IMG/VR virus record: IMGVR_UViG_643692018_000001
Coordinates: 30,684-94,683 of that record
DNA: 64,000 nt
Strand: one strand, 5' to 3'
DNA from: a virus
Shown one piece after another: positions 26,641-37,756 of the stretch. Under the pieces are notes generated by a model. It was not told the origin of the DNA and did not search any database. It saw only the letters and a program-made list of their open reading frames with translations. Position numbers and translations under genes: made by a program. Within the stretch, counting starts at the first letter, position 1; each line of letters opens with the position of its first letter.

Positions 26641-29600
26641 CTAGACCTCCTCAATCCAGGTACCGGTAAGCTCCGCGCTCTTCATACGCCGAGCACCATC
26701 CGTAAGAGCCGACGTGTAAACCTCGGCGCTGATAGTCTCCCCAGGCTGCAACACCTGGTTAGACACCGTCGTGGACATCCACTTCTCGCCATTGCCGAGG
26801 AAAGTCAGCGGCCCCAACTTCGTCATCATGTACTGGCGGAGCGTCCTATCGCCTGCACGAATACGGATGCCGTACATGTCGTCATAGGTAGATGCCGCCC
26901 ATGTGACTTTCAGCCTCAAGGTAGCTTGGCGGGCAACCTTGGTCGGGGCGGGGTAAGTCATTATGCTCTGCCAGGTTCTACGCGGTATGGCGCTGCTGTC
27001 AGCAGATTTATCAACCGTGACCTGCCGTTTCGAGACGGAAGCCCACCGGGCGAAAACAAAAGCATGGTTAGGAGTTGACGTAAGGTTGTACGAGCTTAAG
27101 TTTGAATCAAGCGTGCGGACGATACTATAAGTCTGCTTGATTTCAGTAGCGCCAGACGGAGCCGTGCCGGTGCTAGCATGCCACTGCACGTTAAATACGC
27201 TCCCGCCCACCATATCGGTGAGCGTGATTTGCCACCCCGGTTCCCCATCGTTTCGTTTCTCCACGGGGATACGTGGGTCTGACGTGCCTGCCGGGGTCGC
27301 CATGATCTCCCGAATACGGCCCCGAGACTCATCCGCGATTTGCTTCTGCACCGCAATAAGCTGAACGATTTGCTCAGTCTGCTGGGCGTCAAGCTCCTCT
27401 GTAAGCTTGCGGAACGCCTCATTCTGATCATTGATTTCCAGCTGCTGCGCTTGGAATTTAGCGGCGGCGTCGTTGATTTTCTGCTGCTGCTCATTCCACG
27501 CATCCTGCGATACCCATTTGATGTTGTTTACGTCGTTGTAGGCAGATTGGGCGGCCAGGGTGAGCTGCACAGCCTTGTTGAAGTTGTTCTGATTCTCCTC
27601 AGACCAGAAAGCAACCACGGCGGCGGTCGCCGGGTCGACGTACTCCTTGGCCTCCTTCACGAGACGCCCGTAGGTTTCCAGCTCCGTCGTGAACGAGGTG
27701 GACAGGTCGCTGATTGCCTTTTGGCGTGCCCGAGCCTCGTTAGAATCGCCCAAAGCGCGGGCCTGTGCCTCAGCCGCAATAGCAGCCTTACGCGCCGCTT
27801 CCTCCGAAGACAGGGCATTCTTACGCGCCTCAGCCTCGGCACTAATACCAGACTGCCGGGACTGCCGCTCAGAGGCTATCTGGCCAGACAGTTGTGCGCT
27901 AGCCGAGTTGAGCTTAGCCTCCAGCTGTCCGCGTAGGTCTGTGCCCGCCCTTTCACGGGCCTGTTGCTCGTTACGTAGTGCCTCCACACGGGCCTGCTGC
28001 TCCGCGCTCAATCCGTTTTTAAGCTCTTGACGCCACGTATCTCCCAGCTCCATTAGCGAGGCACTGTAAGCCCTATAGGATGCCTCGAAGCTGCGGGTTA
28101 GCTCCCCCGTCGACTTATCCACAATGTCCTGCACAGCCTGCTTGGGGACCTTCCTAGCGGGGGCAAGTAAAGCCTTACGGCTAGACCTCTCAGAGTCGGA
28201 CACCAACGACTTAAACCGGCTCATAATGCCATTATCGCGCCTGCCAAGAATAGGCTCCACAGTCAGCTCCTCTGTGGAGGACGCTTTCAGCGTATAGCCC
28301 ATAATCACCTCGGAGACGCGGGTGTTACCGTCCACAAAGCTGATACGGTCGCCCGGCTTCCAGCCCGGTACTACACGCCCATCGGGGCGGCGCATATCAT
28401 CCCCGAACACTACACTTTGGTGGTGCCCTGGGGTGAGGCTCATGCTAGTTGTACCCTGGGAAGCCGCCCACTCGCGGGCAATATCAGCGGTAGGGTTCGT
28501 ACCCCCTGTGGAGGAAAGACTCATGTATTTCTCCCGCAGGAAGAAAGGCCCGGCCGCCTCAATATTCACCCGCCCCCCGGCCCTACTGAAGGACACATCG
28601 GTCCCGTCAATCGTGGCGTGGGGCTGAACGTCCACGTCCAGGCGCTCCACCGCCCCCGGCATCGTAGCCGAGGAAGGCAGCAACGCCTTAGCCTTATCGC
28701 CCTCCGCCGAGGTCACAGTCCCCTGCGGTTTAAGCACACCCGACTCTAGGGCGGCAATAGTTTGCGCGTCCAACTGGCCGCCACCAATGAGCATCGCCCC
28801 ATCGGGTGCGGTTTCCGTAGTGGCCCACCGCTTCAGCCCACCACCGGGCGCGGAGGAAAACACGACTCCACGCCTATCCCGGCCTGCGTGCTGCCACACC
28901 AAAACGCCCGGCGTTTGGGGCTGCCCGTACTCCGTTGGCGCGTAGCGCTTATTATCGGCCCGGAACTCCTCCGGGGTGGCCAGCACCCAGCCCGCTCCAT
29001 CTTTCCAGGCGTAGGCCTCACCCTTACCTATCTTCCCTAGTGCCTCCGCGACACTACCTATAGCCTCACCCTGGGTAGTTCTCACCAGGCCGTCGGAAAT
29101 AGATGCCTTAAGGGCGGGGGTTTCCTTGAAAGTTCCCGCCGCCCAGTGGGTCACGAAATGCGGGCGTCCGGCCTGCGCCCCAGGGGCAACACTAATCCGG
29201 TCGCGGCTAATCACGTGCACGCCGGCCGGGTCAACCTCGGCGTAGTAGCCGACAGGGCGCTCCACTACCGTCTCGAACGGCACCCAGCAGATACCGTCCA
29301 TCGGCTCGGCTAGTAGGGCGCCATCCCCCACCTGGCCCCTACCGGCCCAAGAGTTATCCGGCATAGGGGGAACATCCAGCGGCACGGCGGCACCGTATAC
29401 GCGGGGGTTTATTGACGCCATCGGCCACACCCCCTTCCCAAGTTGGGCCTTAGCCCAATCGCGTTCCATCGGCCCCTCATAGTGGAGGGCCGTACCGACC
29501 CCGGGAATAGCCTCACCGGGCAGCAGCTTACGCACCTGCACAAAAGAATCAGACCCGGCCAGCGGCTCCTCCAAAAGACCGGCCACGTAATCCTCGGTGC

Positions 29601-30102
29601 GCACCTCCACCTGCACCGGGTCCCCCGCGTGGTCAATCAGCACATAGGTTGGAAGCCCGGTGCGCACCGCGCCACGCGCAATAAGCTTATGGGTTACCTC
29701 CCCCAACGGTCCCTCCTCCACATCTGAGGAACCATCCGCCGCCGACGCCACAGGGCCGCGCCCCAACATGCGGTGAAAGTGCTTCGTCTCTGACTGAACC
29801 GTCACCCGCAGGTATCGGGTGCCATCTGCCTCCTGCCCCGTCTCGGTGGACTCCACGTAGCCGTCCCAGCGCACACCATTCACCTCGAAGGTGACTGGTA
29901 CTGGCACATGGCGGGCGGCGCGTAGCCGGGAAGCCCTCGGGTGGTCTTCCGCAAGGCGAATCTCACCTGTGTCCACGCCCCAATCCTCACGCCACTGGAG
30001 GTTAATCTCCTCCCAAGGGGCGAGGCTCCACCACTGGGACATTGACACATCCCAGACGCGGGCGTCGATGACTTCATGGCGGGGGGTGTGCTTGACTACC
30101 AT
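26641..30102 (-). CDS. minor tail protein (Tal/baseplate hub-like) with coiled-coil extension
   Basis: 1153 aa, position after distal tail gene; EAxAR repeats. Confidence 0.75.
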   Translation of the reverse strand: MVVKHTPRHEVIDARVWDVSMSQWWSLAPWEEINLQWREDWGVDTGEIRLAEDHPRASRLRAARHVPVPVTFEVNGVRWDGYVESTETGQEADGTRYLRVTVQSETKHFHRMLGRGPVASAADGSSDVEEGPLGEVTHKLIARGAVRTGLPTYVLIDHAGDPVQVEVRTEDYVAGLLEEPLAGSDSFVQVRKLLPGEAIPGVGTALHYEGPMERDWAKAQLGKGVWPMASINPRVYGAAVPLDVPPMPDNSWAGRGQVGDGALLAEPMDGICWVPFETVVERPVGYYAEVDPAGVHVISRDRISVAPGAQAGRPHFVTHWAAGTFKETPALKASISDGLVRTTQGEAIGSVAEALGKIGKGEAYAWKDGAGWVLATPEEFRADNKRYAPTEYGQPQTPGVLVWQHAGRDRRGVVFSSAPGGGLKRWATTETAPDGAMLIGGGQLDAQTIAALESGVLKPQGTVTSAEGDKAKALLPSSATMPGAVERLDVDVQPHATIDGTDVSFSRAGGRVNIEAAGPFFLREKYMSLSSTGGTNPTADIAREWAASQGTTSMSLTPGHHQSVVFGDDMRRPDGRVVPGWKPGDRISFVDGNTRVSEVIMGYTLKASSTEELTVEPILGRRDNGIMSRFKSLVSDSERSSRKALLAPARKVPKQAVQDIVDKSTGELTRSFEASYRAYSASLMELGDTWRQELKNGLSAEQQARVEALRNEQQARERAGTDLRGQLEAKLNSASAQLSGQIASERQSRQSGISAEAEARKNALSSEEAARKAAIAAEAQARALGDSNEARARQKAISDLSTSFTTELETYGRLVKEAKEYVDPATAAVVAFWSEENQNNFNKAVQLTLAAQSAYNDVNNIKWVSQDAWNEQQQKINDAAAKFQAQQLEINDQNEAFRKLTEELDAQQTEQIVQLIAVQKQIADESRGRIREIMATPAGTSDPRIPVEKRNDGEPGWQITLTDMVGGSVFNVQWHASTGTAPSGATEIKQTYSIVRTLDSNLSSYNLTSTPNHAFVFARWASVSKRQVTVDKSADSSAIPRRTWQSIMTYPAPTKVARQATLRLKVTWAASTYDDMYGIRIRAGDRTLRQYMMTKLGPLTFLGNGEKWMSTTVSNQVLQPGETISAEVYTSALTDGARRMKSAELTGTWIEEV

Positions 30103-30914
30103 GCTCGGCTAAACTCCGGTATCCACTCGATAACACATTTAAAGTCACTACCCGGGCTTACCACGTCAACCTCCACCTGGCCGATACCATCCACCGGATG
30201 AACCGGGTTAGGCCAGAACGGGACAACAGCGCTAAAGTCCGGCTCACCAGAAAGGTTAGTGACGTACCGCCGCTCGGGGTGGGAGTCAATAGCCCACCCA
30301 GCAGCACGATAGGGTAATTCTTGCCAAGTATCTTTAGCGGTCAGCCTCAGCCTGGCGCTTTTATATCTCCCCGAGATACGGAATGAAGGCCAAATGTCCG
30401 TATCCCCGTCTATAAGTATAGGGATAAGACCGTACAGGTCCCCCGGCCCAAGCTCCAGACGCTCCCTAAACCTGCGTGTCGTATCTCCGGAGAACTCCAG
30501 GATTACGCTAAGCTTCGCGACCTTCGCCCCGCCCGGAGACTGGAACCACTCAATTTTTGAAACATCCTGAGTCCGCGCCCGGTACCACCTATGCCCCCAC
30601 TCCGCCGAGGTAATAGACAACCCAACAGCCTCACTCCCATCCCCTAGGGAGGACAGGAGACGGTTAACATCGCCACGCACATTACGGCCGCGCACAACAA
30701 GGCCCAGACGGAGAGTATTCTGCGTAACGCTTGTACCCCGCCACACCCCCGACGCCCCATCCCAAAGGTGCTTCTTCGCCATGCCAGAAAGCCCGTCCGG
30801 TACATCGTCCAGGAAGACGCCTTCGCGCTTCCTACGCGGACGGCTAAGCGCCAAAGGCTCCCCGTCTACACCCCACAGGGTGATACGAAACTTTTTATCC
30901 CAAGCAATACTCAC
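30096..30914 (-). CDS. distal tail protein (Dit-like)
   Basis: Size and position immediately after tape measure. Confidence 0.65.
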   Translation of the reverse strand: MSIAWDKKFRITLWGVDGEPLALSRPRRKREGVFLDDVPDGLSGMAKKHLWDGASGVWRGTSVTQNTLRLGLVVRGRNVRGDVNRLLSSLGDGSEAVGLSITSAEWGHRWYRARTQDVSKIEWFQSPGGAKVAKLSVILEFSGDTTRRFRERLELGPGDLYGLIPILIDGDTDIWPSFRISGRYKSARLRLTAKDTWQELPYRAAGWAIDSHPERRYVTNLSGEPDFSAVVPFWPNPVHPVDGIGQVEVDVVSPGSDFKCVIEWIPEFSRAW

Positions 30915-30925
30915 AGCCTGTCTCC

Positions 30926-33900
30926 CTATCTATTCTTCACCATCGAGGACAGGCCACTAAGCACCTTGTCCTCCAGCTTGGCGTTCACGGTCACCGCGCC
31001 CGTGAACTGCGTATCAATACGGGTCGTATCCCCGGCGCCGCCAATCTGGGTGAGGACGGCCTGGGCCGCGTCCTCGTAGGCGCGGCGGCGGTTGGCCTCC
31101 ATCCCGGCCTGGGCTGAGCGCTGGGCGGCCTGCTGCGCGCCCTCCACAACACTGTCTGCAAGCTGGCGGGCGTACCGCCCTCCCACCGCAGTCTCCGGCA
31201 GCCCCTCTATGAGGCCGTTGGCGGCGGCAGCATCAGCGGCGGTGTCCTTCGGTGCCAGGGTTGGCTCCACCAAGGCGCGCATCTTATCCAGGTTGCGCCA
31301 GCCCTGCTCAACATTGAGGGATGACCACTCCCCCACCTCGTCGCGGGTCACGCCACCAAACCCGCCTGCTGAGGCGGCGGCGCGCATACCGGCCTCAAGG
31401 TCTTGGCCCCAGCCGGAGCCGCCGAGCGTCATAAGCACAGAGCGTTTCTTGTCATCCAGCAGGCTGTTGTTGGTGTCCAGCCTGTTGTTAACACCGGCCA
31501 GCTGGGAGTTCTCCTGTTGAAGCTCCGCCAGCTGCTGCTTCAGGGTCTGGGCCATTTCCGCCAGCTCATTCTTGCGCGGGTTAATCGTGTTCACCCGGTT
31601 AAGGTCGCGGCGGGCCTTGTCAAGCTCCAGCTTCTTCCGGCGGCGGTTAATGTCAGCCTCCGCCTTCGCCGCCAACAGTTCGGCAGCCTCGGCCCCATAC
31701 TTGGCTGTCATCTGCTTCTTGTACAGGGGCAAGTTGAACAGTCCGCTGGTGGCGTCAAACATTCCCGCCACATCATCACCGGAGCCACCGGCAGCACCCA
31801 CAAGGGCACCAGCGACCACACCAGCGGCAAGGCCGCCACGAGCGGTATCAACCCGTCGTTTATCGTCCTTCGATAGGGAGTCGTATTCCTTCTTTGCCTG
31901 CTCCTTGTAAGCCTTCTCCTGGGCGCGGCCCTCAGCCACACTGGTGGCACCCTTCGTCAAGCTACCAAGACCCCTAACACCCAACGCCAACGCTGCCGGG
32001 AGTGCTGCGCCGCCCGTGGCAACGGTCATCGCCAACGCTGCACCAAGCTGGGCAATACCGCCAAGAATGCCAGCCGCGCCCTTGGCCTGCTTTTGCTTGC
32101 CTTCCTGCTCCTTAGCCAAAGCGCTAGCAGAGTTACCCAGCACACCGGCGGCCTCAGCCGCTGATTGGGCGAGCTTCATCGTGGCGACGGAAAGCCGCTC
32201 CGAGGTGAGCTTGGCTATCTCCTGCGAATAGTTCAGGTCTGCGGTAGCTTCCTCCACCGCAACCTTGCGGTTGAACTCCGCCTCAGCCGAAGCGGCGCGG
32301 CTAGCGTCAAGATTCATCTCCGCCACCGCCACACTAGAAGCAGAGAGCATAGCTACACGGTCAGCATCGGTAGCCCTCTGCGCCACGTCGAGAATGCCCT
32401 TCTGCCTAAGCCCCGCAAGGTCAATCTCAGCACTCCCGGCGTTCTGGGCGTGCTCGTGGCGGGCCATAGCAAGGTCATACTCGGCCTGCTGCTGCGCTAG
32501 CACATCATCATGGCGGGCCTGCTGATTCTGCCGCTCCAGCTCACGCAACGCCTGCGCCGCGTCCACAGCGCCACGCTTGGCCTGAACATCCGCCAGCTCA
32601 GCCTCAAGGCGCTCATCTGCCACCTTGTTAGCCCGGTCCATGTTCTCCGCCATGAGGCCCATGGTGTCCGCCACACGACCCATACCCTCAGCCAAGGTAT
32701 CCGCAAGGGAGGCGGCGGCCTTAATCGGCGCTACAGTCAGGGCAGCGTTGTACCGAATCTGGGCGTCATTGACCTCAGCGATGGCTTCCTTCTCGGCCTG
32801 GCGCGCCTCAACAAGATCCTGCTCCGCCTCAGCGATACGCTGCGCCGACTTCACATCATTCTCGTCGGCCTTCTCCTTGAGGTCGCGGATCTTCTTCTCC
32901 GCCTTCTCAATATCGTCGGCACGCTTCGCCGCCGTGTAGGACTTAGTGAGTTCCTTACTCTTGGCCTTCTCCAGGTTCTTGTAGGCCTCTGCAAGCTTCT
33001 CGGTCGCATCCTTATCCGACTTGGAGGCGTTCTTACGAAGCTCCGCCAGCTTCTCCTCCGCCTCGGTGATTTCCATGGAGGCGTTCTTGCGGTTGGTCTG
33101 CGCCTCCCCAAGCTCGTTGAAGGCGGCCAAGGTGTCTTCGTTGACCCTCAGCCACACATCCCAGTTGGGTGTCTTGGCGTTCAGGGCGGCCTCAACCTGC
33201 GCGGCGATACCGCCCTTACCCAAAGCACCTTCCAGCTGCTTGGCGATGCCGAGAATCTGCTTGGTTGCAGGCTCGCCAAGGGTCTGCCTGTAGCTATTCT
33301 GTCCAACGAACGGGTTAGCAAAGCCGAACGCTTGATCCACCATTGACTGCGGCACGCCGTACTGGTCGGCGTACTGGCGGGCTTGCGCCCTATTAGCAGC
33401 CCCCAAGGAGCCGCCAACGGTGGCTGTAACACGGTTGGAGGCAAGGCCTGGAGCGTGGAAAGTTTTACCCGCCTCGGGTGCCGAAACGTTCTTCCAGGAG
33501 GCCCGAGCGCGGGCACCACCACCGGCAACATCGGCAATGTCCCCAATGTCGGTGCCGTAGCCGTCAGTCTCCCCAAGGTCGCCAGTCATCCCATTGCCGC
33601 TGTCCTTATCGGAGCCGGGCAGGTACATGAAGTTGGTGAAGCCGCGCCCATCCAAAGGCCCGGCAGCACCGCCAATCGTCATACCCTGCCCGGTGTTGCC
33701 ACCCGACTCAATAAACGTTCCATCCGGCAGCATCATGGCGGTGTGGCCATTGGCGCCGCCGCCGTAGTCATACCAGCCCACCACAAGCTCGTTGCCGTTG
33801 CCGCGACCGGACTTGAAGCCCTTGGCAGCCAGCCATGCGCCCTCATTGACGGTGGACATGCGGGAGTCGAACGGGTCAAGCCCAAGGTAGGTGTTCACGC

Positions 33901-36900
33901 CTGCGGACACTGCACCCGAGCAGTCAAACGACGAAGGGCTGAATCCGCCCATCACATAGGGCCCGTTGTTGTACGGGGCAAGGATGCTTTTGACTTCTTC
34001 CGACTTGGTGCGCCCGCCCGTCTCAAGGGCGGGGAGTTCATGCGCCAGGTTGGCCATAATGCCACGGGGGTCGTTGGCGTTAATCGCCGCGAGGGTGCCG
34101 TTGAACTTCTCGCTGGACTTGTCGTTAATCACCCACTCGTTGCGGTTGACGCGGGCAATGGGGAATCCGTCATCTGTGACGCCCATGAAGCCGTCCACAA
34201 TGTTGGTGCCAGGACCGGTGCCGGGCAGCCTGTAGCCAGTGTTTCCACCAATCGCTAGGGCTGGTATCTGCCCGCCGTGCTCACGGCTCAGCCACTGGCC
34301 AACCTTCCTACCCACGAAGGTTACCGTGGTGGTCATCGGGCGGGTGAGCATACCAATCATGTCCATCATGGCGCGGGCCTTCGCCATGAACGACGAATTA
34401 TCCATATCCGACTTCGGGGTGGGGCGCTGCTCCCCAAGGTTCGCGGTCTTCACCAAAGCATCCGACACACCAGCATCAAGCAGGGACTTCTCAAGGTCGG
34501 CGGTGGGCACAGCCTTCTCCTGGCTCAGCATGTTCAGCTCACCAACGGATACATCCTTGCCCTGGAGGAGCTTCTCAATAATCAGGTCGGCTTCGGGGGA
34601 TACGTCCAGCCCGTCCAGCTCCTCACCAATGGCGCGGGCCTGCTCGGCATTCAGTCCGAACTCGGTCGTATCCAGCTCGGCTGTGGCCTTGGCGTGCAGC
34701 CCGTCAATCTCGTCCACCTTGGAGTGAAGATCGTCCAGCTCCTCGATGTTCACATCAGCGGTAGAAGTGATCTCGATGTTGCCGTTGGGTAGGTGCTCAA
34801 TCTTGTAGCCCATGTCCTCGAGGGCAAGCACCACAGCGGGGTCTGGCGGGGCAATCTCAACGGAGTTGCCTTCCTTCAATCCGGCCAGCCCGGTCTCCAG
34901 CTTGGCTATCTGCTGCTCAACCGTGTCCGCGCCCTTCATTTCAAGCGGGAGGGCGAGGACTTCACGGGTGATGCCGTAGGACTGCATCAGGTTCTGGAAC
35001 TGCTCCTCGGTCAGGCCTAGGGCGTTGCGTAGCCCCTCCATGTTGTCGGCCTGCAAGGCAAAGATTTCATCCACATCAACCCCAGCCACAGCGGCCTCCG
35101 CCATACTGTCACCAAGCTCAGTAATCATGGATACAGCCTTCGCGCCGGAGCTGGTAGTGGCGTCAATCGTGCCGTCGGGGTCAAGCTCAATCGGCCCAAC
35201 CTCGGCCACAGCCTTGGCAAGGGCCTCAACCTGCTCAGCCTGCTGCTCAATATCCCCCACAAGGGCGGCCTGCGCCTGGTCCTTACTCAACGCGCCACCA
35301 GACATTTCATCCATGATGCGCTTCAGAGCGGAAAGCTTATCCTCAGCCGAGGCCGCCTCGTCCGCCAGCACACCAATGGACTCGCCAATGGCCTGGAAGG
35401 CGGGGTCGGCACTACGCGCCGCATCAATAGCCATTTCGTACTCGTGGCGTGCAGACTCAAGGTCTGCCACAGCCTTCTGGGCGGCTTCACCCTGGTCATT
35501 CCACCAGTGCCCCTCGACACTATTGAGCTGCGCGATAACGTCTTTGTATTCCTGGCCGCCCCGGGCCACAATCTCGCCCAGGTCTTCCCAATCCTTACCC
35601 TGGGCCTTCAGAGCGTCGCCGGTGAGGAGGCTGGCCTCACCCATAATCTCGGCCTGCTTAATGGTCTCCTGCCACGCCTTGCTCTGGCTTGAGCCGAGTA
35701 ACCCGGCCACATCAACGGCCTTAATGGCTTCACCGCGCCAGCCTGCCATGGTTTCACCGTTCATGCGGATGCTGGCGGTGTAGCCCTCAGCCACCAGCTT
35801 GGCGTCTTCGAACTGTTCCTTGGTGAATGGGGCGTGGGTGCCTGCGAGGGCACTATTGAGCCGTTCCTGCGCTTCAGCCGCCGACCGTGTGGCGTCCTTG
35901 TAGTCTTCCTGCGCCTGCGAGGCCCTCCGGTTGAAGGCGATAACGTCAGTTATGACAGCCGTCGCGGCTGCCAGGGCAATGCCCCACGGCCCGCCGAACA
36001 TGTCCATCACGCCCATACCGGCAGCCTTGAGCTTAGACATGCCAGCGGCAGCTACGCCGCCCTGCCCGCCGAGGACGCGCATGGCGGCACCGGCGCGGCT
36101 CATCTCGGGGTTGGCTTGCCGCATGTAGCCGTAGGCCTCCGACATGGAGGAGCCAAAGATTTTAAGGCTTGACTTGGTGTTAGCGAAGGACTCAGCCAGC
36201 TTGGTTACCGCGTTTGCGCCCCGCTCGGTGCGAAGAAGCTTCATCGCCATATTCACCGCACCAAGGGCGACGGCGGTGTCCTTCACCGGGCCGGGCAGCT
36301 TGCCCCACAGCTCCACCGTCTTGCCCAAGCCGTCCATCGAGGTACCGGCCAGGCCCGCCATACTGGAGGCGAACGCCTCAATCTTGGGGGCGGCGGCGTC
36401 AAGGGCGTCTACCGCGCCGTTGCCCATGCGCACCAGCTGGTCATCCACCTGGTCGAACACGCCGAGGGAGAGGTCCTCCATGGTGTTCTGCACGCGCTCC
36501 CACACGCCCGGCAAGCCCTGTGTCTGTGCTGCGGCGACCTCAGCGGCCTGCCCCTGCCTGGTGACGGCTTCCTTGAGCGTGTCGAAGCCCTCAGAGCCTT
36601 GCACCGCAGCGACACCGGCAAGGCGCATAGCATCCGAGCCGAACAGCACGGCGGTGGCCGCCTGGTACTGCTCCTCCGTCATCGACTCCGAGGCAGATTT
36701 GAGTTGCCCCAGGAGGTCAGACATGCCAACAAACTTGCCGTTGGCGTCGTACACCGTAAGGCCCAGCTCCTCAATCGCCGCCTGTGCCGGTTTACCCTGG
36801 TCCGTCAGCGCCAGCATCGCAGACTTCAGCAGAGTACCGGCGTCGGAGCCTTGAATACCGGCGTTAGCCAGCATCGCTAGGGACGTGGCGGTGTCGTCAA

Positions 36901-37753
36901 TAGTCAGGCCAAACTGGTTGGCCACGGTACCGGCCTGCTGAAGGCCTTGCGCGATACCAGTCATCTCAGCCGAGGAAGCATTAGCCGCACCGGCCAGAAT
37001 GTCGGACACCCGAGCCGCCTCGTCAGCCCCAAGGTTGAACGCCTGCAGCGCTTGGGATTGGATAGTCGCCGCGTCTGCCGCCTCAACCTGCGCCGCAGCC
37101 GCCAGCTGAAGGGTGCCCTTCGCCGCCGTCATCGACTGCTCAACGGTGAAGCCACCCTTAGCCAGCTCAGTCATGGCTGCCGCCGCGTCAGAGGCCGAGG
37201 TGGCTGTCAGGGAGGCATCGGTGCCCAACTCTCGGGCCTTGGTGCCAACCGCCGCCAGCTGCGCGCCAGTCGCCCCAGAAACAGCGGATAGGGTGTTCAT
37301 CTGGGACTGGAAGTCCATACCGGCAGACGCCACAGCCTTAGCCGCCGTGGCAATAGAACCAAGGCTTACAGCCGCGCCAACAAACTTGGCGATACCGCCA
37401 GCCGCACCGGAGAACACGGAGCCGGTTTCACCGGCGTGGGAGTTCAGCTCCCCCATGCTCCCGGCAGCCTCAGCCGCCGCTGTCTTCACCTGCCCCAAGC
37501 CCCCGGTCTCCACACTGGGGGCCACACGCTTGCTGCCTACCTGGTCAAGCGCACCAGCCGCGTCCCTAGCCGAGGACTGGAGTTTATCGAGCTGCCCGCC
37601 GTCGGCCTTGACGGAAAGCTTCTTCTTGCCGGTATTGTCGAGCTGCTTGTCTACCTTCCTGGCGGCCTGCTCAACACGGCCCATAGCACGGTCAAACTCG
37701 CCGGTCTCAACCGTGATTTTGAAACCAAGATCGCCAAGGTCCAGGGCGGCCAT
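30926..37753 (-). CDS. tape measure protein with internal NlpC/P60-like domain
   Basis: 2275 aa Ala-rich; TP901-type core (GIQGSDAGTLLKS); FDCSGAV...GHTAM. Confidence 0.93.
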   Translation of the reverse strand: MAALDLGDLGFKITVETGEFDRAMGRVEQAARKVDKQLDNTGKKKLSVKADGGQLDKLQSSARDAAGALDQVGSKRVAPSVETGGLGQVKTAAAEAAGSMGELNSHAGETGSVFSGAAGGIAKFVGAAVSLGSIATAAKAVASAGMDFQSQMNTLSAVSGATGAQLAAVGTKARELGTDASLTATSASDAAAAMTELAKGGFTVEQSMTAAKGTLQLAAAAQVEAADAATIQSQALQAFNLGADEAARVSDILAGAANASSAEMTGIAQGLQQAGTVANQFGLTIDDTATSLAMLANAGIQGSDAGTLLKSAMLALTDQGKPAQAAIEELGLTVYDANGKFVGMSDLLGQLKSASESMTEEQYQAATAVLFGSDAMRLAGVAAVQGSEGFDTLKEAVTRQGQAAEVAAAQTQGLPGVWERVQNTMEDLSLGVFDQVDDQLVRMGNGAVDALDAAAPKIEAFASSMAGLAGTSMDGLGKTVELWGKLPGPVKDTAVALGAVNMAMKLLRTERGANAVTKLAESFANTKSSLKIFGSSMSEAYGYMRQANPEMSRAGAAMRVLGGQGGVAAAGMSKLKAAGMGVMDMFGGPWGIALAAATAVITDVIAFNRRASQAQEDYKDATRSAAEAQERLNSALAGTHAPFTKEQFEDAKLVAEGYTASIRMNGETMAGWRGEAIKAVDVAGLLGSSQSKAWQETIKQAEIMGEASLLTGDALKAQGKDWEDLGEIVARGGQEYKDVIAQLNSVEGHWWNDQGEAAQKAVADLESARHEYEMAIDAARSADPAFQAIGESIGVLADEAASAEDKLSALKRIMDEMSGGALSKDQAQAALVGDIEQQAEQVEALAKAVAEVGPIELDPDGTIDATTSSGAKAVSMITELGDSMAEAAVAGVDVDEIFALQADNMEGLRNALGLTEEQFQNLMQSYGITREVLALPLEMKGADTVEQQIAKLETGLAGLKEGNSVEIAPPDPAVVLALEDMGYKIEHLPNGNIEITSTADVNIEELDDLHSKVDEIDGLHAKATAELDTTEFGLNAEQARAIGEELDGLDVSPEADLIIEKLLQGKDVSVGELNMLSQEKAVPTADLEKSLLDAGVSDALVKTANLGEQRPTPKSDMDNSSFMAKARAMMDMIGMLTRPMTTTVTFVGRKVGQWLSREHGGQIPALAIGGNTGYRLPGTGPGTNIVDGFMGVTDDGFPIARVNRNEWVINDKSSEKFNGTLAAINANDPRGIMANLAHELPALETGGRTKSEEVKSILAPYNNGPYVMGGFSPSSFDCSGAVSAGVNTYLGLDPFDSRMSTVNEGAWLAAKGFKSGRGNGNELVVGWYDYGGGANGHTAMMLPDGTFIESGGNTGQGMTIGGAAGPLDGRGFTNFMYLPGSDKDSGNGMTGDLGETDGYGTDIGDIADVAGGGARARASWKNVSAPEAGKTFHAPGLASNRVTATVGGSLGAANRAQARQYADQYGVPQSMVDQAFGFANPFVGQNSYRQTLGEPATKQILGIAKQLEGALGKGGIAAQVEAALNAKTPNWDVWLRVNEDTLAAFNELGEAQTNRKNASMEITEAEEKLAELRKNASKSDKDATEKLAEAYKNLEKAKSKELTKSYTAAKRADDIEKAEKKIRDLKEKADENDVKSAQRIAEAEQDLVEARQAEKEAIAEVNDAQIRYNAALTVAPIKAAASLADTLAEGMGRVADTMGLMAENMDRANKVADERLEAELADVQAKRGAVDAAQALRELERQNQQARHDDVLAQQQAEYDLAMARHEHAQNAGSAEIDLAGLRQKGILDVAQRATDADRVAMLSASSVAVAEMNLDASRAASAEAEFNRKVAVEEATADLNYSQEIAKLTSERLSVATMKLAQSAAEAAGVLGNSASALAKEQEGKQKQAKGAAGILGGIAQLGAALAMTVATGGAALPAALALGVRGLGSLTKGATSVAEGRAQEKAYKEQAKKEYDSLSKDDKRRVDTARGGLAAGVVAGALVGAAGGSGDDVAGMFDATSGLFNLPLYKKQMTAKYGAEAAELLAAKAEADINRRRKKLELDKARRDLNRVNTINPRKNELAEMAQTLKQQLAELQQENSQLAGVNNRLDTNNSLLDDKKRSVLMTLGGSGWGQDLEAGMRAAASAGGFGGVTRDEVGEWSSLNVEQGWRNLDKMRALVEPTLAPKDTAADAAAANGLIEGLPETAVGGRYARQLADSVVEGAQQAAQRSAQAGMEANRRRAYEDAAQAVLTQIGGAGDTTRIDTQFTGAVTVNAKLEDKVLSGLSSMVKNR

Positions 37754-37756
37754 ACG

